Source: Octopus sinensis
Taxonomy: Eukaryota
Length of the DNA: 64,000 bases
Reading direction: 5' to 3'
Assembly: GCF_006345805.1 (NCBI RefSeq)
Contig: NC_043011.1
Span: forward strand, 26,734,464-26,798,463
The position numbers and the translations under genes were made by a program. Below, piece after piece: positions 13,441-26,559 of the stretch. Under the pieces are notes generated by a model, which saw nothing but the letters and a program-made list of their open reading frames with translations, was not told where the DNA came from and ran no database searches. Each line of letters starts with the position of its first letter. Within the stretch, counting starts at the first letter, position 1.

Positions 13441-16400
13441 ATAATACTAATAATAATAATATAAAGTTGGTGGATTCGCAGAATGTCAGATGAAATGTCT
13501 TGTAGTTGTTTTGACTCTCTACATTTGAAGTTCAAATCTTTCCAAAGACATTTTTGCCAATCACCCTTCTAGTGTTAATAAAAAAGTAGAGCACCAGTCA
13601 AATACTCTCTCCTCAAAATTGCTGGCCTTGTGCCTAAATTAGAAACAGTTATTACTATGGTGTTGTATATGTTGGAAACAGGTAGACTTTAGATTAAGAG
13701 CCTTGCAGTATTTTGTTTGATGCCAGGGCCATCTGACTGGCCCCCGTGCCGGTGGCACCTAAAAAGCACCATCCGAACATGGCTTATGCCAGTGCCCCCT
13801 GACTGGCTCCCGTGCCAGTGGCACGTAAAAAGCTCTATATGAACGGGATCGACACCAGGGCTGTCAGACTGGCTCCTGTGCTGGTGGCATGTAAAAAGCA
13901 CCCACTACACTAATCGGAGTGGTTGGCATTAGGAAGGGCATCCAGCTGTAGAAACATTGCCAGATCAGATTGGAATCTGGTGCAGCCGTTGGCTTTCCAG
14001 ACCTCAGTCAAACCATCCAACCCATGTCGGCCCTGGTGACAATGATGATGATGATGATGATGATGGTTTCTTTCTCAAATTCTGCTGGCATTGACTTTCA
14101 ATTCTCTGAGAATTGCTAAGATATGTACATTGGGTTAATGTGATTGCAGGTGAAAAAATCACCAGAGAGGCAGTCCTCTATGCAGAAACCACAGGAGCTA
14201 TTTAAAGATACTGTGAGCTCTTCTGATGGTGGTTATTGTTATTGCAATGTTGGAAACCCTTCAGTATCTTCAGAAGTTATCTCAGAGGAGTCATAAACAT
14301 TTCAACTTTTAGCCTGTATATTTTTCCTGAATGAGGCAGTGAAGTGAACTTTATCTTTCATTCCTCTGCAGTCAATAAATTAAAGTACCAATCAAGTACT
14401 AGGGTTGATAGTATTGACTTGTACCAAAATCATCACCATCATCATCAAAATCATCATTTTTATTTATTTATTTGTCTTTTTTTTTTACTTCTAGGTTGCC
14501 ATCTTTGAAGGATGAAGAAAACAAAATGGTAACTGTTAGTATCCCAGAAGACAAGAATAAAATAATAGGCACTATTGAAGCACCTCCTAAGGTAATTATT
14601 TAATATGTAACTAGTGTTTGGTGATGGCAGAGTGATGTACTGAGAAGGATAGAGTAAAGTTAAGCAAGAAGACCTGTCTGTCACGGCAAGATTGATACCA
14701 ATGCTGGTGCCACATAAAAAGCTCTCATGCTGATGCCATGTTAAAAGTACTGGTGCTCGTGCTGCATAAAAAGCACCCAGTACACTCTGTAAAGTGGTTG
14801 GCATTAGGAAAGGCATCCAGCCATAGAAATTATGCCAGAACAGACTATGGAGCCTGGTGTGCTCACTGGCTTTGTCAGCTCCGGTCAAACTGTCCAACTC
14901 ATACCAGCATAGAAAATGGACATTAAATGATGATGATGAAGAATTCTGAGTACTCTGAAAATAAGAAACATTGCACCCAAGTCATCTACATGTAGAAATA
15001 TATATTCTTTCACTTGTTTCAGTCATTTGACTGCGGTCATGCTGGAGCACCATCTTGAAAGTTTTAGTTGAACAAATCGACCCCAGGCTTATTTTTTTAA
15101 GCCTAGTACTTATTGTATCAGTCTCTTTTGCTGAACTACTATCTTATGGGGATGCAAACACTAACACCAGTTGTCAAGCAGTGATGGAGGACAAACAAAA
15201 AACACATACACGCATGCATGCGCACATACACACACACACACACACCCACCAGTTTCTGTTTACCAAATCCACTCACATGGCTTTGGTTATCCCGGGGCTA
15301 TAGTAGAAGACACTTTGCACAAAGTACCACACAGTGGGACTGAACTCAGAACCATGTGGCTGGGAAGCAAGCTTCTTACCACTCTGAGCCACACCTGTGC
15401 CTATATATATATATATATAGGCATTGTGTTCGGTTTTAGGGTACTTATTTTTTTTTACCATTTTTGCTTTTCAATTCAATTCATTGTATATAAATACAAT
15501 GAAATGTCATCATAAAAAACCTGACAGTCCAGTAAGATATCTGTTTAGTGCCTGTGTGAATATCAGATACAAGTGAGGGCACAAAAAGATCCTCATAGAA
15601 ATTGTCAAGTAGTTGGACCAGCAAAAAGTTAAGGCCAACAACAGTAGCTATCACTATCCAAAGATTTTATATTCCTAAAGGAAGGTAATTAGGTTTCTAA
15701 GGTGAAAACAGCCATTGGGAAACTGTTTTCTATTTTTTATAAAGCCTTAGGCAGGGAGATACAAATGGACTTGAAGGGTAGACTTACCTTTCCAGAAGCA
15801 GTGGCAATAATATCACTCTAATTAATAAGATATATATTTCTGCTACTTTGGGGTACAAATGTGATCATCAATGCTGAATTTGCAGTTCCCTGGGAGGACA
15901 GGCTTAACATTTCTTATCAACTAAAGAAAGCTGATGTTCAGCGGTTACATGCATCCCATATCTGGAGCTAAGACCTGTATTCACTTATAAAGCAGGTTGG
16001 AACGACCGAGGGACTCTGATAGGAACTCCTAGCCATTATCTTTTCCCGATGAATAGGGTTTAAATTCAGAATGATAAATATACAGAATGCTTGTTGATAT
16101 CAATACATTGGCATCAAGTGGTGAGTTAGAAGAATGGTTAGCATGCCAGGCAAAATGTTTGGTGGCATTTCATCCACTTTATGTTCTGAGTTCAAATTCT
16201 ACCAGGGTCGATAAAATAAGTACCAGTCGAGTGCTGGGGTGGATGTAATCAACTTATTCCTCCCACCCCAAAATTGCTGGCCTTGAGATTAATATTAGTG
16301 CATTTGTTTCTTGAAAGTGAGTAGCTGTGCATATTTATGGTACTTATTTAAGACCAGGTGAACTGAGCATGAGTTAAATGTTGTTATCATAACATGGTCT

Positions 16401-17796
16401 ACTGTCAGAGGTGACACTATTAGATTTATTAGCTGAAACTCTTACAAAGTAAATAAAGTATATACCTACAGCAGCTGGGTTTCATATTGTCTGACTTTAG
16501 TGGTTGAAGTGGAACTGATGTTCTTAACCCTTTAGTGTTCGCATTATCCTGCCAAAATTAATGCTTCTTTATCCACATTGTTTTGAACTAATCATGCATT
16601 ATCTTGTAGCTATGAGATTTTGATGAGGTAGCTGTTAATTTTTAAAGCGATATTGTAGGGTTGGTGTGAGAGGCCAGATCTGGCCAGTTTGACCATAAAA
16701 CAGGCGGAATACTTTTGGCCGGATATGGTCGGTTTAAATGCTAAAGGGTTAATCTTATATAACCGGAGCTAACATGGAAATAGTCACCTGGTTGCTTGAC
16801 TTAGTAGAAACAGTAACCAACTCTCCCTCAGATTACACTCTATTATCTTTAAAATGGTGTGGATGTACTGAAAATTGTAGTTTCAGGTATACAGAAAAAC
16901 AGGATGGTCACAGTTGGAACCCTCTTGATTATATGCTTTCTTGAATACTAATCTGGGTGCTAAACAACAATGACATGATATAACTATCATGTAAATCTAC
17001 ATCTATTAAAAAAAATTGTTTATTTGTACTATTGTTATTACTACTAGTACTACTTCTTGTACCACTAGTAGTAGTAAAATAGTAGTATTACTATTTTAAA
17101 AAATTTTTACTATTGTGGGATATAATAAAATTGGTTATTACACCTTAATTATTGGAGTGTTTACTTACACTCTGTGGGGTGGTTGGCATTAGGAAGGGCA
17201 TCCAGCTGTAAAAACCAAACCAAAGCAGATTATGGAACCTGATGCAACCCTTGGCCTTGCCAGCCCAAGCCAGCATAGAAAATGAATGTTAAATGATGAT
17301 GATGATGTTCCCATTAAGACAAACTAAAAAGTGGGAGCAAGAACTGTTTTCAGCCAAAATAGACTGGAGCAAGTTAAATAAAGTATTATTTATTTTTCCC
17401 AGGAGACATTAGGTTATGGATACAGCAAGGCTTAAAACTTACACCTTCTGTGTCTGCCTTAAGAAGTAAAATCTTTTCAGTGAGGGATTATTGGGTGTAA
17501 ATGATGACATCACAGCTCCCATGACTTTAGGAAACATTTTTTCACGCTGAGAGTTGCTGAAGCATGGAACAAACTGCCGGCATCAGTTGTTAGTTGTCGG
17601 AGCACTGCATCCTTCAAAACTTCCATGCTTTCTGAGATTCGCCAACACCACACCTGATTTTTTCCCCTCCATACACACACAAGCATGTATCTGACTCACA
17701 CATTGTTCGCTTTCCAGATATTTGTACATTACTGCATATACTTTATACGCACTTTCTGACAAGTTGTGGTGCACCTGAGCACTGTATACAATAATT

Positions 17797-17830
<34 letters not shown>

Positions 17831-20800
17831 GTGATATGAGCCAGTTTGTTCCAAACAGAAATGAGAACTGTTTGGCTATGATGAAGGTAACAATGAAAGC
17901 AAATATAATTCTGATAATGATTCCTGGCACAAATATTGTAGTAAAGTATAACTAACTGTATTGAGCCCAACGTTTCACAAATACTAATTTTATTGATCCG
18001 AGAAGCATGAAAACAAATTAGTCTATGCTGTCAAAATTTGTGCTCAGAATGTAAAAGGACGTAATTTGAGCGCCTTGTTTCCCTGGGCATGGATTCACTG
18101 AAGCTCCGGTGTCTGGCGACGGACTTGGTAAACACCCACAAAGTTATCAACCACCTCACCAACAACAACACTGAACACCTTTTTGATCTCCATGTGTCTA
18201 ACACACGTGGACATGCCTACAAAGTCAGAAAACAACACAGCTCCCATGACTTTCGGAAACATTTTTTCACGCTCAGAGTTGCTGAAGCATGGAATAAACT
18301 GCCTGCGTCAGTTGTTGACTGCCATGACACTGCATCCTTTAAGGCCCTCATGCTTTCTGAAATCCGCCGAAACTACACCTGATTATATATACACTTTAGA
18401 TGAGTTGTAGTGCACCTGAACACTGTACACAATTATTATTATTATTATTATCATACTGTCTGACATTCTTTTGACCCTGCCAACCACAATTGTAACGATT
18501 ATCTCTAATTTAAGCATAAAACCACACATTTTGGGGAAGGGGTATTGTTGATTTAATCAAAATAGTATTTAACATGGAAGGATAACACTCTACCTGATGG
18601 GCCACAAAGCATTGTATCTGCCACTCTGCAGATTCTGCCATCTTTTATCCTTAATCATAGAAGCCAAAATAATAGTTTCTAACATAGGGAGAAGACTAGA
18701 GATTTGGGAGAGGGGTTAGTTTGAAAAATCAACCTCAGTACTTGAATGCAGTGAAAATAATAAAATTAGCACTGTCATGTTTACAAGTAAATTCTATTAA
18801 ATCAACAAATCATCTTGTCATTTATTTATTTATTCTTTTTGATTATTTTCCTGAGTTTTTTGGCAACTACAGTGAAAGTTGAATCATTATCTAGAATTAA
18901 TGCAGAATGATGGTAGTAATCCATGATGGTAATGTTAAGCAGGGATCTAATATCCTTTCTGAGTGTTAAAAACTTGCAAAATTTGCTAACTTTGGGGAAA
19001 TTCCCCCTTCCTCACTTGCAAAGAAATTTTAGCATTCTGGTGAAAAATTTGGAAATTCCAGTAAAGAAATTATTTTCAGGTTAAACAATTCTTTATCATT
19101 ATTTTCATTGATTTTGCTAGAAATATTTTCTTTAATATTGATTTTCATGATGCTTATGTTAAATTAATATAAGGCTGTTAATATAATGCAATATATAGGA
19201 GTGGCTGTGTGGTAAATAGCTTGCTTATGAACCACATGGTTCCGGGTTCAGTCCCACCGCATGGCACCTTGGGCAAGTGTCTTCTACTATAGCCTCAGGC
19301 CGATCAAAGCCTTGTGAGTGGATTTGGTAGACGGAAACTGAAAGAAGCCTGTTGTATGTATATATATATATGTGTATGTGTTTGTGTGTCTGTGTTTGTC
19401 CCCCCCCCCCAACATTGCTTAACAATCGATGGTGGTGTGTTTACGTCCCCGTAACTTAGCGGTTTGGCAAAAAAGACCAATAGAATAAGTACTAGGCTTA
19501 CAAAGAATAAGTCCTGGGGTCGATTTGCTAGACTAAAGGCGGTGTTCCAGCATGACCACAGTCAAAGGACTGAAACAAGTAAAAGAGAATAAAAGAATAT
19601 AGTGTTGTTTACAACAAGACTACATTATTCATACTATATGTTGAGATGGCGAGCTATTAAAGGGTGGATTATATGAAAATGGGCTAAATAGATCCCAATG
19701 AATGTACACTATATCATAGAGCGCACAAAGATTTTAGTATTGTGACTGTCAGTTTTTCCTTTGAATAAGCATTACCAGCCGGGTGTCCAATATTTTAAGT
19801 TGCCTTCAGTTCTTGTTGTGACTTAGATTGATACTAATATTTATCAACCCCATCTGCATGCTACCTTTTATATGACAGAAACATTTACAAAAATCTAGGG
19901 AGCTATCATTTGTATCATGTATAAAATGTCCTGCATCTATTTAGATAAACTAGGTCATTAGCATATTTTACTTCTGTTAGAAGAATAGTGTTAGAAATTT
20001 GACACCCTAGTACTCTAATTGTTTATATATCTAGGACAACAGTATCAAATATGTCTTTTTTCTTTTTTTTTTAAAGAAGGTAGGATCTGATTTCAGAGAA
20101 ATTTGGCTGCTATTTCTATCCAATTGATCCACCACATACATACTTCCCTGCTTGGCTTGTGATTACTGAATTAAAAATCTGATGAGAAAAGCAAAGTTTT
20201 TTTTTTTCCATTCCAGAAAAAAAAAATAATATGCTCATTCACAAACTTAACTCCTCCCAAGTTTGCCTTTGCTCTGCGGCATTTTCACAGTTGTATAAAA
20301 TGATTTTGAGTGGCAGTTTCCCTACTCAGTTATTCAATTTCATGCTATCAATTTGAAACTTTATCACATGCTTGTTGTCGTCGGCATCATTGTTGTAGTA
20401 GTAGTAGTAGTAGTAGTAAATGAAATTAAAATTTTCATTAACGATCTAGAAATCCTCTTGGGTGCCTCAAAATTTGGTGTTGGTTGTATCTTACCTGTAC
20501 ATTAAATTGACTGATGACTGGCTTTTTCTTATCAGCATAAAGTATATTGTATATTATCTTTGTATATTATCTTCATTTTGTGACTCTAATCTTTTTAGCA
20601 CTCGAATCTTTTTTAAAAATTTTTACACCTGAATAGTATTATTATTACTATTGCTATTATTCTGTAGATTTTGCATGTGACTTTTGTGTTACTTCATTGT
20701 TTATATAAAAACTGTAAAAGATAAGTGTAAATATATTTACACTTGAATCTGAATGTTGCGGCTAAAATTTTAACCTTTTCAAAGAGAAGAATGATAGATT

Positions 20801-21671
20801 TGATCGTTTTCACATGTGGTGTCACAGCAGTTAAATTAGGAAATACAGGTGATCTGGTTGATGGCAGGAAATACAGGTGATCAGGTTGTGTGTTATAATG
20901 TAACACAGATCTGTGTTTTGTTGTTAATGAAACACAGGTGACTGTTATTTCTATGGCTGTGATTATAATGTCCTCTACTTCTCTTTGGTTTAATGCCTGG
21001 TCTGATAAAATTCACTTGATGCTGGGTTGAACTCTTTTGTCATTTGTTAAATCGGGTTATTTAAAAGTCAGTAAGTACAGTGTTGGACTTCTATTTTTTT
21101 TTTTTTTTTTTGATATCAAATATTGCCATTATCATTTTATGATTATTGTTTTGTAGTTTATCATTATAAATATTTTTATCATCACCAATCAAGCATGGAG
21201 CTGATGGAGTCATATATTTTACTTAATTTTGATGATTACTTTTCCGTATACATGTTTGCGTACGCACACACATCTATGTGTCTGTCTGTCTGGATACATA
21301 GATACATAGATAGACGTGTGTTTACATGCATGCATGTGCATATATATATTGTATGTGTGTGTGTGTATTTATATATATATATATATATAAGGCAAATAAG
21401 AAAATGGAGAGGATAAACAATCGACAAACATCAACCAGTAAACATTCAATAATATATATTTATTAATTGATTACAAACATATGTGTGATTCAAGTAAATG
21501 AACAAAATAAGTCAATAAATACATAAACAGATATATATATATAGAAATAAATGAATAATAGATGAGTGTACAAATACTAAACTCTTAAAGCCATTTCTAC
21601 CATGAGACAGCCAAATCTTCCAGGTTATCCTCATCACGTCAGTGATATACTGTGATGAACAAACAATGAAC

Positions 21672-21703
<32 letters not shown>

Positions 21704-22330
21704 CTTTTACTCTTTTACTTGTTTCAGTCATTTGACTGTGGCCATACTGGAGCACCACCTTTATTCAAGCAAATTCACCCCAGGACTTATTCTTTGGAAG
21801 CCTAGTACTTATTTTATCGGTCTTTTTTGCCGAACTGCTAAGTTACGGGGACGTAAACACACCAGCATCGGTTGTCAAGCGATGTTGGGGGGACAAACAC
21901 AGACACACAAACATACACACACACATACATATATATACATATATACCATGGGCTTCTTTCAATTTCCGTCTACCAAATCCACTCACAAGGCTTTGGTCGG
22001 CCCGAAGCTATAGTAAAAGACACTTGCTCAAGGTGCCATGCAGTTTGACTGAACCTGGAACCATGTGGTTGGTAAAGCAAGCTACTTACCACACAGCCAC
22101 TCCTACACCTATATATATATATATATATATTAATAAATGAAATAAAACATATGCATATATATAAACATATATGTACGTACCTACCTCTACATGTACATAT
22201 ACACGCATATATGAGTACAGGACACCAAAGGGACGTCGAACACAAAGAGAAACGAAAACATAGACACAAACCAAAGGAACTGGACATTTTTTTAAAAACA
22301 ACAAAAAATGGAGTACAGGACAATTAACAC

Positions 22331-22366
<36 letters not shown>

Positions 22367-22475
22367 AAAAAAATACAAACTGGGACAAGAATGCAAAACA
22401 TTTAGAAGACGATACAAAAAACACGGACGGGACATTCGATGCCTTCAATCTTCAGTCAAGAACCGGATCATCCTG

Positions 22476-22520
<45 letters not shown>

Positions 22521-25500
22521 CCATCATGCTCCACTGGATGTGCAGTAATCATTGTGCATGTGTGACAGAGTGTAAGTGTTTTAAGAGAAAAATTGGGTAT
22601 AAGAGGCATCAGATGTAGTGTGCAAGAGAGAAGACTATGCTGGTATGGTCATGTGATATGTACGGATGTGAATTGCTGTGTAAAGAAGTGTCCATCTCTA
22701 ATTGTGGAGGGAACCTGTGGAAGGGGTTGTCCGAGGAAAATGTGGGACAAAGTGTTGAAATATGATCTTTGGTTGTTGTGCCTCATGGCAGTAATGACAG
22801 GTGACTGAGATTTCTGGTGATTTGCTGTTCTTGAGAAGACATATCAAGCTAAGTGAATCATAATCATAGCCAGTGCCAGTGACTCATATAAAAACAACCC
22901 AGTGATCAGATTTCATTACATTTTCCTTAATGTTGTTGTTCTTCTTCTGGTTTCATTCCATTTGGATCATTAAGCACTTCTTAACCGAACTGTTGTCTTC
23001 CATGTGCATCGCATGTTCACCCCAGCATAATCTTCCCTTTTACACACAACACCATTTTTATGGTCTACCCAGTTTTTCTTTCAGTCTATTCACAGTCTGT
23101 TGTTCATGCAAACTGACATTACACATCCAACGGGTCATGCTCACTTTATTTCTTTTTTGCCCTTGCACATCCCCCTCATTCAGTGTCCCTCTTTAGCTAC
23201 CATGCAACAGCAATGCACTTCTTACACAAGCATCATACAATCTGCCTTTCCCTCTGAAAGCAAGTTCCTTTATACTTTGTTTCCAACTGAATTCTTCCTC
23301 TGGTATTAAAAACTTATCAAAAACTTCCCATGTCTACATATCTACAGGAGATGCGGGCTTATGTCACACAGGCAGCCTTTGGCTTTTTCTATCCAAAAGG
23401 TCTTACAATGCAATATTTACATGCTATTATTTATAGCTCTATACATGCTTCAAGATCTAGTTCCAAAAAAATATATGCATAAACATAGTAAGTGCTTGCA
23501 GATACATACATGCATAGATGCATAAACACATACATAAATGTGTACATACACATGCACAGACAATTCTTCATTAAGTATTAATTTTCTACAAACTCCATTT
23601 TAAAAAAATACGAAAGTAAGAATTTAATCAATTAAATTTAACTGCTTCCAATAGATCTTTTCACTCTTTTACTTTTACATTACAAGACTGACGGTCCTTC
23701 CTATGCCAACCTGGTTTACAACAAACCACTGCCCAGCAAACCTCCCAGCAGTATTAAAAGTAACAAAGAGATTCTCGGTGATTCAATGAAGAAAGATAGA
23801 TACCAGGTGGAGAAGGCTAAAACTGACCAAATTCAGAAAGAGAAAAACAAAGATGAATCAGGCTCTCCTGTGTTACTTAAAGCCAAAGTTAATGGTCAGC
23901 ATCTTAATGAAACCCCTGAAAAACTTTCAATGGAACAAAAGGCCTTAAAGGAGGCTGAGGAAAAAGTTAAACGAATGAAAGGTAAGGTCTGTTTTCCCAC
24001 TACTTCTTTATTATATTTTATTTTTTACTTTCATTAGCTTTGTTATTTATGCTCAGGTCAGTTTTGAACCAGCAGACCCATGATCAAGAGCATTCTATCC
24101 ATGATCATCCCATTTAAAAAAAAATAAATAATAAATTTTAAGCTACATTACTCAGTGCGTCTTTTATTTTTATGAGTAAGGTGTGATTTGAAAGAAATTT
24201 GGTTCTTTTTTAGCTGGTAAAAAACCACATAAAAGCTTCTTCATTAGTTTCTTTGTTTATTTTATATTAACGAAATGTGTGATAAGTTCCATTTATTAAG
24301 TATGTGAGTCCTGTGTTTAAAACCCTTTATCATTCAGACTATTCTGTCAAATGTAATGCTTATTTGTTCACATTGTTTTGAATTACTCATACATCATCTC
24401 ATAGCTTTGAAATTTCGATGATGTGATTGTTTATTTTTAGAGTGACAGTTTAGAATAGGTGGAAGAGGTTGGATCTAGTCAGTTTGAACATAAAATTGGT
24501 GGAACATTTGGCCCAGATATCACCAGTTTAAATGCTAAAGGGTTAAACATCTGAAAATCTACTCTGCTGAAAACCTACAATTTCTGCTGACTAAATATAT
24601 TAATAAACAAACGATTTGTGGAAATGGTTTAAAATTTGCAGAAATGTTGAGCAATAAAATAATAACAGTACTGATCTCTTTAAGTAGAAACAAGGACAGT
24701 ACTTTGCTTGAGAGAAAGCTTAGATTATAGTGAAAGTAAATGTGGCTCCCAGACTTGATATCAGTAAACCACGATAAACTTCAAATTAAGTTATTTTTTT
24801 TAATGAATTCATTTGGTTCATATTTACTTGTGTCAGATAGTAAGTCTAAATTTATTATTTTCATACAATAAAAGAGAGTGAAGATGATGAGGATTGGGGG
24901 GAGGGGACACTTATTCTTTTTTTTGTTTTGTTTTGTGTCCTTATTAATATGAGGTAACATGGGTTAAATTGTTAACCCTGATGTAGTTTTATTATCATAT
25001 TTCATAGGTATAAGTCATAATTTTATATATCCAGGATACACTTTTCTGCCATATAATACTAATGGATTTTAGAATCAAGTAGTTTTAACTGAATATACTA
25101 TCAATGCCGAACAGGTATATCCTGTGTAGTAGACTGTGCTACATATTGTGAAGTATTATATGCAATGTGGTGAATTTTCTGCTTATACAATGATCTTTGT
25201 ATATTTAATCTATTATAACATTAACTTTCATGGAGCTCTTATTTTTCATCATGTGCTCAAGGAGTACAAAGGGGTGCTGAAAAGTTCCTGGCTTTAGGTA
25301 AAAGAAAATACAGGAGGATCAGTTAATTATGATTTTACTCAACATATTCCCCTCTTAGATTCACACATTTATTGCAGTGGTCATTCAGTTTTTCTAAGCC
25401 CTATAAAAGAACTCAGAAGGTTGGGCCTCCAACTAAGTTTTGGTGATACTCTTAAGGCCAGGAACTTTTCAGCACCCCCTCATATTCCTAGGGATAGCAG

Positions 25501-26528
25501 ATCACTGATTCACATTGTGATGTTGTATAATTAAGAACAGATCGTTGATTTATGGACCAGCTCTTTATTTTGGAACCCTGGCTGTGTTGAATTGATTACT
25601 GATATGTGAACAAGTTGTTGTCTACAATGAATTTTCTCAAGTTATTGATTGAAAACTTCTAAATTTCTGTTTGTGCAGAAGGTAGTAAATCAAAATTAAT
25701 TCCATCACCAACATTGCCTCTTAACTGGGAGAAACGCCTAGACTCAACTACAAACAGGTATTACTACATCCATCCTCCTTCGGGTAAAAACCAATGGAAC
25801 CCTCCACAAATAAATTTAGGACAAGGTTCAGAAACTCTAGGTCAGTACACTTCATATTTCTTGGTCTTTGTTTATTTTTCACATTTACTCTTCCTGTTAT
25901 GTATGTACCATTATATTACAGACAAACTGAATATTTTTTTTTACAATATTTTCTCCAAACAATAGGATGGTAAGTTGGCTGAAACAACAAAACATTAATC
26001 TAAATAATTTCACTTATTTAATTTCATGCTTTAAAATTATAAATTTAAATCCAGACAAGACTGATTTTAGCCTGTATCTCTTTGAGTCCAATAAAATAAG
26101 TTTCATTTATGTTCTAGGGTTAAATTAATTTGTTAAAGACCTGACCAACAAACTAGGTTTTTAAGTAGGGAAAGTAAACTATTTATGTCTATAATATTAT
26201 TGGAGATGGTTGATAATGTTGAAGTGATCGCTTTTCTTTGTATAGTATAGTGCTTCACTACTAAGAGATTAAATTGTGCTGGTGTTTGCTTTGCCTTTCA
26301 TCATTACAATAATCAAGATAGCTATACAAATTCTTTATAAAAGTTAGTTTTGTTTTTAATCAAGAATAACAAAGATTTTCCCAAGTACCAGCAACAAAAT
26401 TTCTCTCTCAACTTTTCTTAGTTTGCTATATGCTTCTTATATGCCTTGTTCACCAACAGCTGTGCAATAAGTGTAATGATAAATGCGATAAGAAGAGTAA
26501 ACTTATTTTAGAATTACATATACAGAGA

Positions 26529-26559
<31 letters not shown>

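Noticed and set aside
17318-17435. Short open frame [22 protein letters not shown] as an extra USP8 exon
   Set aside because: No pyrimidine tract, and the acceptor phase does not fit the phase-0 intron.
21093-21112. Poly-T tract as a retrocopy tail
   Set aside because: No polyA signal, TSD or coding remnant on the minus strand.
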